Shown one piece after another: positions 37,464 through 49,702 of a DNA stretch of 64,000 nucleotides. Below the pieces are notes generated by a model that searched no databases, was not told the DNA's origin, and worked only from the letters and a program-made list of their open reading frames with translations. The translations under genes and the position numbers were made by a program. Positions within the stretch are counted from its first letter, which is position 1, and the number at the start of each line of letters is the position of its first letter. This DNA is from Rhodosorus marinus CCMP1338 (lineage: Eukaryota > Plantae > Rhodophyta), in assembly GCA_029953675.1 (NCBI GenBank), contig JAMWBK010000003.1, positions 3,162,001 through 3,226,000 of the forward strand, given 5' to 3'.

Positions 37464-40400
37464 CTATATATACTCGTACTGACCTAAAAAGAGCTCACAA
37501 GGAGAACAAAACCGTGAAAAACTGCTGGGAACGGCACCCCTCCAATGATAGTCCGCCCACCCCTCCGCACCCCCCGATTTCGAACCTTGCAAGCTTCACT
37601 GAACAGAGTTTTTTTAAGAATACATACAGCTTTACCACTGGGAGAAAGAAACAGAAAATCTTTCGTTAAATTATATATTGAATATTTTATAAAGATTCGT
37701 GATATTTAAATTGAACTTTACCAAGCCCTGGTTCGCTGAGAGCACAAGGCTGCCACTATCTATATATATATATTCGTATTAACTAAAACTTTATTGTATT
37801 GAGATATCCAATTATTTGTGCTTGCGGACCGTGGATTCCAACGACTATTGGCTTATTTGTAAATATCTACATCTCTGAAAAACTCTGAGCATGTTATGAC
37901 CAATTAAATCTGGTGTGGGCCATGTGATTCTCAGGGAAACATCTCTTTCTGGAATATTCTCCAATTAAAAGCTCTTCGAACTCTCAAGGAAGCATATTTT
38001 AAGAAAGCCAAGGCAAAGTACCAGTTCTTCGCTCATGCCTTCAGAAGCTTTCATCAATTCAAGTTTCCGCAATGAAACGAAGCAAGAAATTGCTTTGGAA
38101 CCTCTCCAGCGCCACCAAAAACAAGGTAAATGCAGCGTTTTGCCATTCCACCCGGAGGGTACGCAGCTTTGCATATCAATTTAGAAATCACGGGTTAGGG
38201 GGTGAAAGAAAAAATTGATTTTACATCATCATTGTAATTGGGCTGTGTATATATAAATACCATAAAAAATACTTTACTCCTACAGCGGGGCTTTACCATT
38301 CGATAGGTAGTGATCTCTTTATTACCCCTAAGCTGAAGTTCGACTCACGTATCATCCTTTCAATCTCAATTTGAGGGGTAAGTTTTAGAAAATTATATGT
38401 TGGAGGGTAGATTCTCTGTTCTAGTCAAAACGGGAACACATCCTTTTCAATCACATCACCAGCCAGTCAGCCAGTACCAATCGATCTCCCAACTTTTTTT
38501 GATGTACATAATCGCGCGAAAAATTCCTCCCAAGACTCTCCCAAATTTTAAGAAAAAAACGACAAGCTCCTGGAGGAGAAGAAAAAGGAGCGACCCCACT
38601 TTGATTTCCATACAAATCATTTCCCAAATCTCGTAACCATGGCTTATCGCTGGAACATATCGTGTTCAATAAATGTTATATATCAAAAAATAAAATACCA
38701 TGTCCATATCATATACGATCATGTCACAGTAGTTTCTAAGCCCTTTTCCGTGTCTCATCACCCCCCGGGTGTAAATGACATTTGAGAGTTGACACCGGCA
38801 AAACAGCTACCCCTAACATATAAGTATGAATTCATGAAACCTTATCTTCGTCATGTAATATTCAAGCATGACGTAGTTTCGAAAACCACCAATATGTTCT
38901 ATGACATAGCAGCTTGTACATGGAGAATAAAAATACCCCCCTCGGCAATATTCGCATTTGGTACTAAAGGCGTGGAAACTTTGTGCTTTCAGATTGAGCT
39001 GATTACATTATCGCCACCATTTTAGGGTTGTCCTGAAATCATGATTCAGAATAGAAGGGCGTCTTAGGATATTGTTGGTTCTTCATATATTGAATAACTA
39101 TTGAATTTTGGTTTTTCTTTTTGGAAAGCTTGTATCTACTCAGGGGGGCGGTTGCTGCGCGGAGCAAAATTGATTTGTTCTAGAAGTGAGTCCAGTTTCC
39201 TCTTGCTCAAAATGGATGGTGAGATGGGAGGAAGAGACGTTCACATCATTGTTGTTGTTGATATTGTTAACGTTGTTGATGTTGTTGAAGTTGCAGTTTG
39301 TGCTGACTGAGTGTAACATCTGTGCTGTCACATTTGGATCTTGCTAATGCTTAGAGAGGGCATACCTACCTAGTTGCGACCAACCACGAACGAAAAGGGG
39401 AAATGAAGAGACATTGATTCTCTGAGCGGAGCGGATGTGGCGGACTGATCAAGTAGCAACAATTCCCGTCTCTGTCATATTGGCACGTGGGGTCCTTATC
39501 TGCCATGTGAAAACTATACATGTCCAACGAACAGGATTGTTAACAAAAACACTCGTCCTTCCAGCCCACTCTCCGATCCTTGAAAATCTCAAGCAGACAA
39601 ATCGGTTTAGTCATTTTCCAACAATCGTTTTTCCTTTGACTTTTTTGATTAATGCACTGCCAAAAACCTGCCAGAACGAATACGAGCAAAGAACCCTGGC
39701 CGCATCAGGAGTTCCTGCTAAAACAGTTTCGACTATGGTGAACATCCCAAGCCAAGCTGGATCTGCGTGGCTTCCACGAGCGACCATTGATCGGGATGAC
39801 TACGACAAGCCTACAAGATGAGCGCTTGGAAGTGAACGGAATTCACAAATCAATGCAAAGTTGATTCATTCTGTCCCAGCAGAGTGCGCTCCCCAAGGAT
39901 CCAATCCGAACCTGTGGGCTGGTTATCGTTCTAGGTCCATGTGAAGTTCCAGCAGTCCTTAGGTCACAGGAGACGTCACAGGCGGGCGTAGAAAACAGGA
40001 CAAACTGTCCTCAAGTACACAGGAGACTGGTTGAAATCTCGTCAAATCCTGCTGCATTGGCGGGACATGGCCTTGTTTTGCCCCTAATCATATTGAGAGC
40101 TGCTTTCGTGCCTTTCTCAAGTCTGGGTGTTCTGTTCGTCCCGTCTATAGTTCAGCATTCATGACCAAGAGTCCGTCCAGCTGCTTGCGTAGCTGCCTCT
40201 CCACTTGTTTTCGAATGTCGCGCACAGTTATGGTAGTTAGCTAACTGCCAACCTAAGATAACACGGTTGGTCGAGGCGTCTATGCATGGATCCTTGGTGG
40301 CTCCTTAATATTCTGTTGGTGTTTCTGAATGTCGATCAGCGAGTCTCACGGTGACGCTTTCGCCCTCGGGGACATTCATGGAAGTGCACTGATTTCGGTT

Positions 40401-41200
40401 TTGTTCGGCTGTCACAGTAGTATTTCGCTATCACAAAAGGATCCGATCACTGCTTCATCAACACGCTAGTTCGCTCGTTCGTAGCTCCTATTCTCTGTGG
40501 TCTATGCGGTACCCCGCCCCCGAAGTGGGATTGCCGCGCTCTTGATCAAGTCAGCAAAGCGCAGCTCATGTGTTCCCGACATTATTTTTGTCTACAATAC
40601 CTGACGCTGGTTGTCGAACGGCCTCGCTCTTCTTCCCTTGTTGAAAAAGCTCGTGTTTATCAGGTTGCGCCCTCCATCCGTTCGATGTGGAATACACGAG
40701 TTGCTTTGAATTGAAGGTTAGAACCAGCAGCGGACCCAGCGCGTGTTGACAACCCCGTCTCACAATGAGGGTTGTGGTTCAAAGGTCGAAAACTGGAGAT
40801 TCGTTGTGCTGACGTTTACGAGGATATTCTACACTTAGGCAGCAGGCACTTCGGTCGACGAAAACCTTTGATCAGCTGAACCTGCTTTGAGTGTAAACGA
40901 GGGTTCACTAGCACAAAGCGGACCATTCCTTCGATTTCCCCCGTTACTATAATTTGCCCTGGTTGCCGCCGGATGATGGTGACTTTTTCCGTCTTCTTCC
41001 ACCTGGAGGTCAATGGCTGACGATTATCGTTGCCATAGGCCGGAAGACGATTGCTTCGTATCGTTTGGATTGACGGTGAGCGCCTTTGGGGGAGTGTATT
41101 TCCTTTCTTGAAGGATCCTTGTTGAGGAGCCCTCCGTGGAAAGAAGTTCTTGCATGACCAAGAGGGTCGCTGAGATTCTCGTCAAATTTTTGAGGTCGGA

Positions 41201-43077
41201 ATGGAAACGATGGGGTTTTGTCATGGATTGAATGTTTTGATAAGGCGTATTGCCAGACCAAGATCGGTGAGATGTTACTCTACGACAGCGGATCGAGTTG
41301 CCGAGCTCGAATCCGAAGGTGCATACGCCGTCATGGCGGCGGCATCCAAGGTAGAACAGGAGACGGGGAAGAAAGTAGCCAGACTGGAGATCGGGCAGCC
41401 GACGTTTCCTACTCCTCAGCATATTGTGCAAGCTGGAGTAAGAGCTATTGAATCTGGGCAGACGAAGTACAGCAGTCCTAGCGGAGGTATTCAACCTATC
41501 GATCGCCAATACCAAGTCCGGACGGCACGTGAGTGAACCAATAAGCTCTATCGTGCCTCCTGAAAAATCAGTTCAATCTCTGAAGGAAGCCGTTGCCGAG
41601 CATACAACAAAAACAAGAGGCATCAAGACACTCCCAGAAGAAGTCGTCATCGGCCCGGGCGCAAAGCCAGGTCTCTTTCTCACCACCCTAGCCCTCGTCA
41701 ATGCAGGCGATGAGGTAAGTCGAGCACCAACCAAAGGCACTGATACGACCCAACGAACGTCTTCTGCTGAATTGACAACGAATCCATCTCTCAAACAAAC
41801 CTTTCAGGTCATGTATCCAGATCCAGGATTCCCAACGTACAAAGCCATGACCCTAACGGCTGGCGCCATACCCGTTCCGGTCCCCCTGACTAGGGATGGA
41901 AGAACCTTCGAGATGGCCACATTCGAGAAACTCATCTCACCGAAAACTAAGCTCGTCGTTCTCAATTCTCCCGGAAACCCTACGGGCGGTGTTATGCCTC
42001 AAAACGACCTGGTGAGATTACATGTAGCAGCCTACTGGTACAGAAGAACAAACAGAGCGGGAAACGGGCGACTGCAGAATCCTCGAGTTCCAAAATCGTT
42101 GTCCTCTCAATATCAAAGCTGATCATCAAGTTTTCCTGTACGGCAAACGAAATAACAGGAGCGGATTGCTGAGTTGGCGAAGGAGTATGACTTTTGGGTT
42201 ATCACAGATGAAATCTACTCGAGACTGCTCTACGACATTCCCTGTGCACCTTCTATCTATTCGATTCCGGGCATGAAGGAACGAACGATTCTCGTTGACG
42301 GATTCTCCAAGACTTACTGCATGACTGGATGGCGACTGGGCTGGGCAGTCATGCCGCAACAGTTAACTAACAAGGTCGAACTTTTACTCACACACTCGTA
42401 AGCAAGCCTAAACAGCTCCTCATGAACCGATCGGTTTAAACTCGAGGTTGCCAACGCCCATGCCGAACCACGACTAAGGACTCTAAGGACAGGACGGTTG
42501 TCGTTAATATCCTCCGTTAGGGTCGGATGTACAGCAACTTTTACTCAAGGGGCAGGAGTTGCAGCCTTGACCGGCCCAGAGGTAGTTAAAAAATAAACAG
42601 ATCATGTCGACGAACTCATATGATTCGGTTCCCTAAACTTTGTCTTCTTGGCTCAAATGTGACATCTTGTAGGACGACCTGCTCGAGATGATTGAAGATT
42701 ATCGATCGAGGAGGGAGTTGGTGGTCCAGGTGACGAGCTTGTTTCCGTTAAGATGTAATTTGTACTTGACACTATTCTACTCCTTGCTTAATTGGGAGAT
42801 TACTCTATGTTCTCCCTCTTAGGGCTTGAATTCGATTCCCGGTGTGACCTGCCCAGTCCCGGCTGGTGCATTCTATGCGTTCTTCGACGTCAGCTCCTTC
42901 GGATTGACCAGCCGAGAGATTTCGAGAAAGCTGCTACGAGAGGGACTCGTTGCAGTGCTTCCTGGGACCGACTTCGGTGCTAACGGGGAGGGGTTTCTAC
43001 GTCTCAGCTATGCCTCACCGCGAGATCAGATAGAACAAGGTCTGGAACGCATCCTGAGCACCCTCAAAACCTTGTAG
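41201..43077 (+). CDS. PLP-dependent class I/II aminotransferase (aspartate aminotransferase subgroup Ib-like), probably organelle-targeted, multi-exon
   Basis: LEIGQPTFPTP, GAKPGLF, YPDPGFPTY, LNSPGNPTGGV, DEIYSRL, DGFSKTYCMTGWRLGW (PLP lysine), PAGAFYAF, GEGFLRLSYA; Arg-rich presequence ending RSVRCYS. Confidence 0.93.
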
Positions 43078-43145
43078 ACTTCCACCAAATTCGTTGGAAA
43101 CAGACATACAGTTAAGAGAAAGTGAAGATAGACCCTCTCGTGCCA

Positions 43146-46100
43146 CTAGTTCTCCCCAACGCAATGGGTGTCCAGCCACTCAGTCATCTCCGCGAGTACG
43201 TGAAGGATCGACTCCCTGGCGCGGTAGCCATGGCCTTCCGCTGGAAGCAGAACATAACGAGAGCGCTTTCCCATTCCCTTCAGCGCCTGAAACAGGCGCT
43301 CCGACTGCACCGGAAACGTCCCGGGATTATTGTCAGCTTCTCCGTGGATAAGGAGGAGAGGCGCTTTGATCTTGTCCGCCGCCAAGTAGGGCGACATTCT
43401 CTGGTAGACCTCTGCAGCCTCCCATAGTGTTCGCTCTTCTGCCTGGAACCCGAACGGGGTCAGTGTACGGTTGTAGGCTCCGGATCTGGCAATACCGCAG
43501 CTGAACAGCTCCGGCGCCTGAGCGAGCAACGTAACAGTCATGAAGGCTCCATACGAATGTCCACCAATCGCGATTTCGTCCCTGCAAAGAAGTGTAAAGG
43601 AAGCGAGAGCATCGCTGAGGCTGAAGTCTTGCACGAGCCAAAGATAGTCGTTGCAACAGAGTTTCTCTAGACCCCATACATAAATATGCTGGCTCCAGAA
43701 GGGGGGTCGAAAAGATTTTTCGGGGGACGCACCTTTTTGCGATTCCTTCCTTCACGACATACTCGACAGCTGCTTTTGCAGACGACACGAGTTGTTCCAC
43801 GTACGTATCGTTGGGCTCTGTATCGCCTTCACCAATGACGGGCATTAGGGGACCATCCAAGATGGCATAGCCACGAGTCAACCAGTAAAGGGGTGTTCTG
43901 GCCAGGCGGTTGAACCTAAGCGGAGAGTCACGCATTTGTCCAGCAAAAGTTGCGCTCTTGAACTCGCGAGGATACGCCCACATGAACATCTTCAGTGGAC
44001 CGTCGCGAGCTGCATCGTACCCAGCGGGCACAAACAGGCTAGCGTTGAGCTTGACGCCGTCCTCCCTCTCGTAAGTGACAATCGTCCGCTTGACGTCTTT
44101 CAGCTCCAGCGCCGGGTGAGGGAATGCTGTTAGCGCTTGAATAATCTTGGGTTCCCCGTTCTCGAATAGACTCTCAGGGAGCTCGGCAATGAATAGGTTG
44201 GGGTTCTCCTCGGGGCTCTCCCGCTTAAGCAACAGTCGCTTTGGCATACCTGTTTCCTCGTCGCTCTCGAGAATGTTTAGCGCATTCTCCAAGAAAGGAG
44301 GCTTTGATCGCCAGATGATCTGCTGCTTTGCTTCGTCCGTATCCATAACTGCCAGGTATGGCATGTCCCCTTCATCGCTCGCTCCAGGACATTGAACGAG
44401 GAATGACAGCTGGACGGTTTCAGAACTGTCCGCAGGTTTTTTCCCCTCTGGGTAGACGAGTCTAATCACAGGTTTGCCCCTCTCGTTCATCATGGTTAGG
44501 ATAGTTCCAGGATCGTTATACCGATCCTCCCAGTTCTTCACGTTGATGAGTAGCCGGTTCGGAGCTTCAGCTTGTGAAGGATCTGCCTGCCTGCCGCAAC
44601 ATGGCCCATTGCCTTCCGATAGTGCGGTTTCCAGGTCACCTCCAGGCGCTAGAAGATGCGTTCGAATTGAACGCGTCTTGTACCATCTCTCATAAGCCAG
44701 CGCGGTGTTATCATCCCCCCATATCATTCCAGCATACCTCCACGCGAGCGAAAGAAGACGACGAGGAAGCCCAGTAAACGGAGCGGGCAACGTGAAGACC
44801 GCATCTCGGAGTGATGCCTCCACATTCGGATCGCCTCCATCTTGCGCCTCAGCCCAATACAGTGTGGCGTCCACGTCAGCTCGCCACCCAATGCTCCTGG
44901 GACCTTCAGAGACACCATCGAATGCGAGAGGGATCTTTTCCTGTAGTGGAATGTTTACAACGGTTTCCACTAGTTCGCCCGTCTCTGTATCCCAGATCTC
45001 CACGGAGCGTCCGAATCGTGACGCGGGGAGCAGATATGAATACGGCTCTTGTATGATGTCGATAAGAAGGTATTTTCCTTGTTGCACAAAATAAACACGA
45101 GCGCAAGAGTAGTAATTCAGATCGCGCGCTTTCACGTTTTAGAAATTAGAAAAAAAAATATTCTCGGGTGCAATGAGACGTGCTCCACTGTCCTTGCCCA
45201 TGCGACTTCTTCTAAGCAGTACTATGAGCAATCAACTGTTGCGATCAAGCAAATGAGTGAGGAGATGATGCACGTTCAGTTACCATCGGGTGACGGCGAT
45301 GCTCTCCTGAACGGTAGCGGAGTTCCTAACTTCTTTCTTTCCCGACTGCGAACATCGATGAGCTCAAGTTGGGAGGTAGTGTAGTGCTTAAAGAGCGCGA
45401 CATCGTGTTCATCCTGTATCGTCATCCAAAACAGTCTGAGCAAACACTCTTGAGGAAGCTGCCCACGAACCGAGGCGTCTGGGGCGCGCTCGGGATTATA
45501 TTTTCATACTTTTAGGAGGTCTTGGTAGGTCCGGTTTGCTCTGATTTCTCCCTCGCTACTCTCTTCAACAATTGGACCGGTTGGAACGGTGTTCTTCACG
45601 GGTAGTTCGACGTCTTCAACGACAAATTTGGCGATGACGCGCTTCGAGTCCGAAAGCCAAGCAAACGGATCTCCACAGACGGAGTTGAGCCTAACCTTTG
45701 GTGCAATACACCAAGCACGTCTTTCTTCTACATCGAGACACCACAGTTCGAATCCGTACTCGGGATCGTGCGTACAAAAAGCGATCATTTTCCCATCCGG
45801 GGACCACTGGACGTATCCTAGGTTGTTTCGTTTTTCCATCAGCGACCGGGACAAACGGTGAGCATGAGCTTTGAGATTATTGTGCAATATCGTACAGTCA
45901 TTAAGCTTGGCGCGCCCCCGTCATACCAATACCGAGCTTTCTCAGATTTGATTTGTCGATCGGGAGATCGTCTATTGGGATCTTCTTTCTGTCTTTGTCG
46001 TGGACCTCCTGAAGCACCATGTTCAGAAAGTAGTCTGCTCTAGAAGGGCCATACGTTGTCCCGTTAATACGGAAACCCGCCAACCTCAGTTCTGGAGCAG

Positions 46101-46392
46101 CAACTTCCGCAATAGAAGGCATGTTCGGTCTCTCAAGGAGAAGAATATGCTGCTTCAAGTTCGGCTGGAGTAGCACGCCTGGATCCAGTTCTGCATCAAC
46201 CAAGTCGAGGATCGATTTAGGGGGAGTTTTATAACCGTCCCCCGCCATCGATTCATTCACCTTACTAGCCACCCCCGCACTAGTTGAAACGCTCATCCTC
46301 AACCTAAGCCTCGCACCTCGCCTGCAGACTGCTGCTACCCTCAGGGAATTGTTCACTCCTCTCAAGCTCGTGTGCAAAACAGCAAATGCCAT
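43146..46392 (-). CDS. CGEP: Plastid glutamyl endopeptidase (peptidase S9D, CGEP-like), multi-exon
   Basis: GGHSYGAFM nucleophile motif, ARSGAYNRTLTPFGFQAEERTLWEA, IHGEADNNPGT, EGHGY, WAYPREFKS, ELRLAGFRI; MAFAV.. transit peptide. Confidence 0.93.
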
Positions 46393-46733
46393 GGCTTTCA
46401 TCGAAAAAGTGCAGACAATCGCACCATAAGGGAATCGAGATCCAATTCACACAGCATCAATACCAAAGCTAACAACGTACAGCAACCCAGACACCACTTG
46501 TTCTCATTCAATGAAGCTAAATCACGGGCAACACATACACCAAGTTTCTCTACCAAAAGCTATGGCGAGATTTCCGAGCCACTTATTTCCGGGGGACAGG
46601 GTATATATGATTCCTTCCCGTCGGTTTTACTGGAAAACAAACGTCCTCGGGTTGGTGGCCCAGGAGCTGTGAAGGGGACTCACAGGTGAGTGACTGCTAA
46701 AACATCAGTAAACACAAACTATTAAAACCATCT

Positions 46734-46833
46734 GGCACTCATAACTATGAAATACAACTTAAGAATCGAACTTTCCGGGTAGGCGCTCATAACTATGAAA
46801 TTTAACGTAAGAACCGAACTTTCCGGTAGGCGC
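46734..46833. repeat. Imperfect tandem duplication of a 47-48-bp unit upstream of CGEP
   Basis: GGC(A/G)CTCATAACTATGAAAT..AAC.TAAGAA.CGAACTTTCCGG(G)TA occurs twice, followed by GGCGC. Confidence 0.9.
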
Positions 46834-49027
46834 GACTAAGACAGGCTAGAGGACGAGCGGATAGGTCCATTCTTACAATTGAATCTAGTGAGCCGAGAAC
46901 TTGGTATCTTGGTTTAGGAAGCTGACTCAAGCTTTAAGTAGCAAGTCCCGTGGGGAATGGCAAACTGATCCGTAGCTGAATCGTTGAGAGTGGATGCTCC
47001 AGAATCCCTTGTCGATCGAGGCTTCAGGGTAGGGCACTACTCGACCACGCGTGACTTTTTAAAGTCAAGTGTTGAGCTCATTGAAGGAAGTCCAGACCGA
47101 TGATTTCATTTGAGAATGTCTTTGCTCGAACGACCTAGACTGTCTTAGTCAGCATGTTCGACGGGCATGGCTTGACCCATAGACCCTGGACTCACTGTAA
47201 TTTGCCTTGGAGAGGAGATTCAGGAAAGTGGAGGCTCGAGAGCTTCTCAGTCAACTCCCAGCAGTCGTTGACGAGAAACGGAAGACTGCGATCAGAAAGG
47301 GCTCATTGCTAGAAACACGTCAAGGGCTGGAACTCCTTGAGAACAGAATTTCTTTTTTTCTTTGTTTCACTCTACCTGCAACCGTGCCAGTTTCAGCGTG
47401 CGCTCTGTTATCACAGTTGGTGGTGATGATGGCTTATTGGCGTACAATGAAACACAGTGAGCGGCGGAGCACAATTAAATGTCTGGTGACGACAGGAGCG
47501 AGAAAGATGGATAGTGATCCAAGGGCTGAATTACCCTCCTAGACCCCCGCTATCCCGTAACAAGAATCCGCTGGTGCATCAGACCTAGGTGACACTTACC
47601 AAATAAATCACCCCGGTCAAATACTCCAGTCAAAGGCCTAGAGCCATGAAATACAAGATCCGCGAAGAGAAAGAACGTGGTGGTGACGGGAGATGACTCA
47701 TTACGAGACAGAGAGTCATGGCACTCTTCAGCGAAAGAGGACGCGATCCACAACATCTACTTCCAGGCAAGTGAGGAAGTCAGTCTCACTCCAGGCTCAG
47801 ATCCAAGGTGTGCTGACCCGTTCCTCAGATCGGCATGTGTTTGTCCTTCAGACCAATGGGGTGAGCAATGCGGTGAGCAATGGAGCCAGCTGACTTAACT
47901 CTTCGCAAGATTCCGTGAAACGACAGAAAAATCTCAAGCCTATGCTGACCAACAACCAATCATCTCATCGATCCTCTTCGTCGGTCTTCGGTCTTAGGGA
48001 GGTTCTCACAGTAGTCCACATTGATAGACGCGTGGATAAGATTAATTTGTTGTTTTCATGCAGACACCTCCCCTAGATTGGTCCTTATAAATACTCCAGA
48101 CCTTATCATTGGCTAAAACAGAATATACCGTTATCCAATCAATATCCAGTTGCAACATCCACAAAAAACATGAAAACTCCCTCCCTAGCAAGTACATATT
48201 TCAACCAACCCAACCCCGGGGGTACTCAGTTCACTTGTATATAAAGAATATCTTTGATTATTTTATTTTTTCTTGGCTGTTAAAAAAGTTTAATCCAAGC
48301 GGTTTGCTGGGTGTAGGCGCAACCGTTGCAAGGAGGACGGTGGCGAGAGGGAGGGGAGTGGTGGGTGCTAGGGAGGTTTTTTTGGAGTGAATGTGATTAA
48401 GAGCTCAATTTAATGGGGACGGGTAGGCGTGGGTGTGGTTTTTTTTTTGATTCATATTCCTTTTTGATATTTTTGTAAAATTTGGAAGATATTTGACGAA
48501 TGGGAAGGGAGGCGGAGGGTTGTGGTGTCTTCGGATTGGTGCTTTTGAGTATATATAATTATAATAATATTAGTGTGTAGATGATTTGCACCCTAATGTA
48601 CCTTTATTGTCATCTGGTTGGAATCTGGTCTTGTGAGCGGCCTTAATGCTTTTTTGGGTTATTTTTCGGGGTTTTTCGATCTAGGTCTTATTGGCGACTT
48701 TTTTGTGGACTTTGGTGAAGTTGTGTCCGTTGGCGGAATTAAACGTCAAATTGGGAACGGGGTGGTGTGTGTTGGAAAGGTCAACGGGGAGAACGCTGGA
48801 GGTTAGGGTTTTAGAAGTTGCGTTTGAGGTGTGGGACTGACTGTGGATGGCTTTGCAAGGTTGAAGGTTTAGCAGGGAGCATTTTGGGAATTTCAGGTTT
48901 GTTCTGAGAGGAGGGGATTGTATGGCTGTGATTTGTAGTATGGAGATGGCATTTATTGTCGGGGTGGAAGAGCTGACGGGAAGAATGTGTGGTGGTTTTT
49001 CTTAGAGACTTGGTGTATATTGAAGCG

Positions 49028-49484
49028 ATGGGAGGTGTTGGGAGAGGAGTAGTGAAAGGAGCAGCGAAGTTGACTTCGAATCTGGGTGTTGGTCTGGTGG
49101 ACAAGGACGCGAAGAGGGTAAGCATTGTGTCAGAAGACTTTTCCCACGCTTTTGAGGAGCCATCGCATGGAACCCTATCTTGCGAGTCGGTTGCTGACTT
49201 CGACGAGTTTGATCTTTTTTTTTTTTTTTGGTTGGGGTTGGTGTTTATCGTCGCGGTAGATAAGAATGCTGGCTCTGTTGAGGCAAGGGAAGGTTAGTAT
49301 GAGCCATCTCGATGTACAGAAGACTTATGTGTGCTACAGCAGACTCGGTTCGGGCTGGCCAAAGCAGCCGCTTGCGCGTGCAGAGGCGGAAACTTTTTAT
49401 CCTCTGAATTCGGAAGGAGTGCAAACTTTGCGGACCATTAGGTCGGTTCAGGAGCGCGTTGTTCGTCCTTACGATTTGGACTAG
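49028..49484 (+). CDS. Small spliced protein of unknown function (~105 aa)
   Basis: Exon 1 49028-49117 (30 codons), then a canonical GTAAGC..GCTGAC..TAG intron (49118-49259) joining in frame to the 49266-49484 ORF. A second intron starting GTTAGT is possible. Confidence 0.55.
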
Positions 49485-49702
49485 CTGGGAGCTTGTTCTT
49501 TCTTGGCGAGGTATAGCGTCGTCATCCACACGGATTTCTTGTATATCTCATATGTAGTATATGTACCATAAGACCATCGATAAAACAAACCAAACAAAAC
49601 TAACACAAACCGAAGAAGAAAGGTAAAACTGTACAAAATATAATATTGCTGCCTCCTCTAGTAGTCGGCGATAGGGCGGTCATAGTTTACCTAAGAGAGT
49701 CC

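Noticed and set aside
40147-40230. DEK-C-like peptide TVRDIRKQVERQLRKQLDG (minus strand)
   Set aside because: Too short, with no supporting upstream exons.
33436-46392. A single horizontally transferred operon (RecQ, SpoU, aminotransferase, S9D peptidase)
   Set aside because: Mixed orientations, a 4.8-kb gap, introns, unrelated functions, and CGEP is widespread in plastid-bearing lineages.
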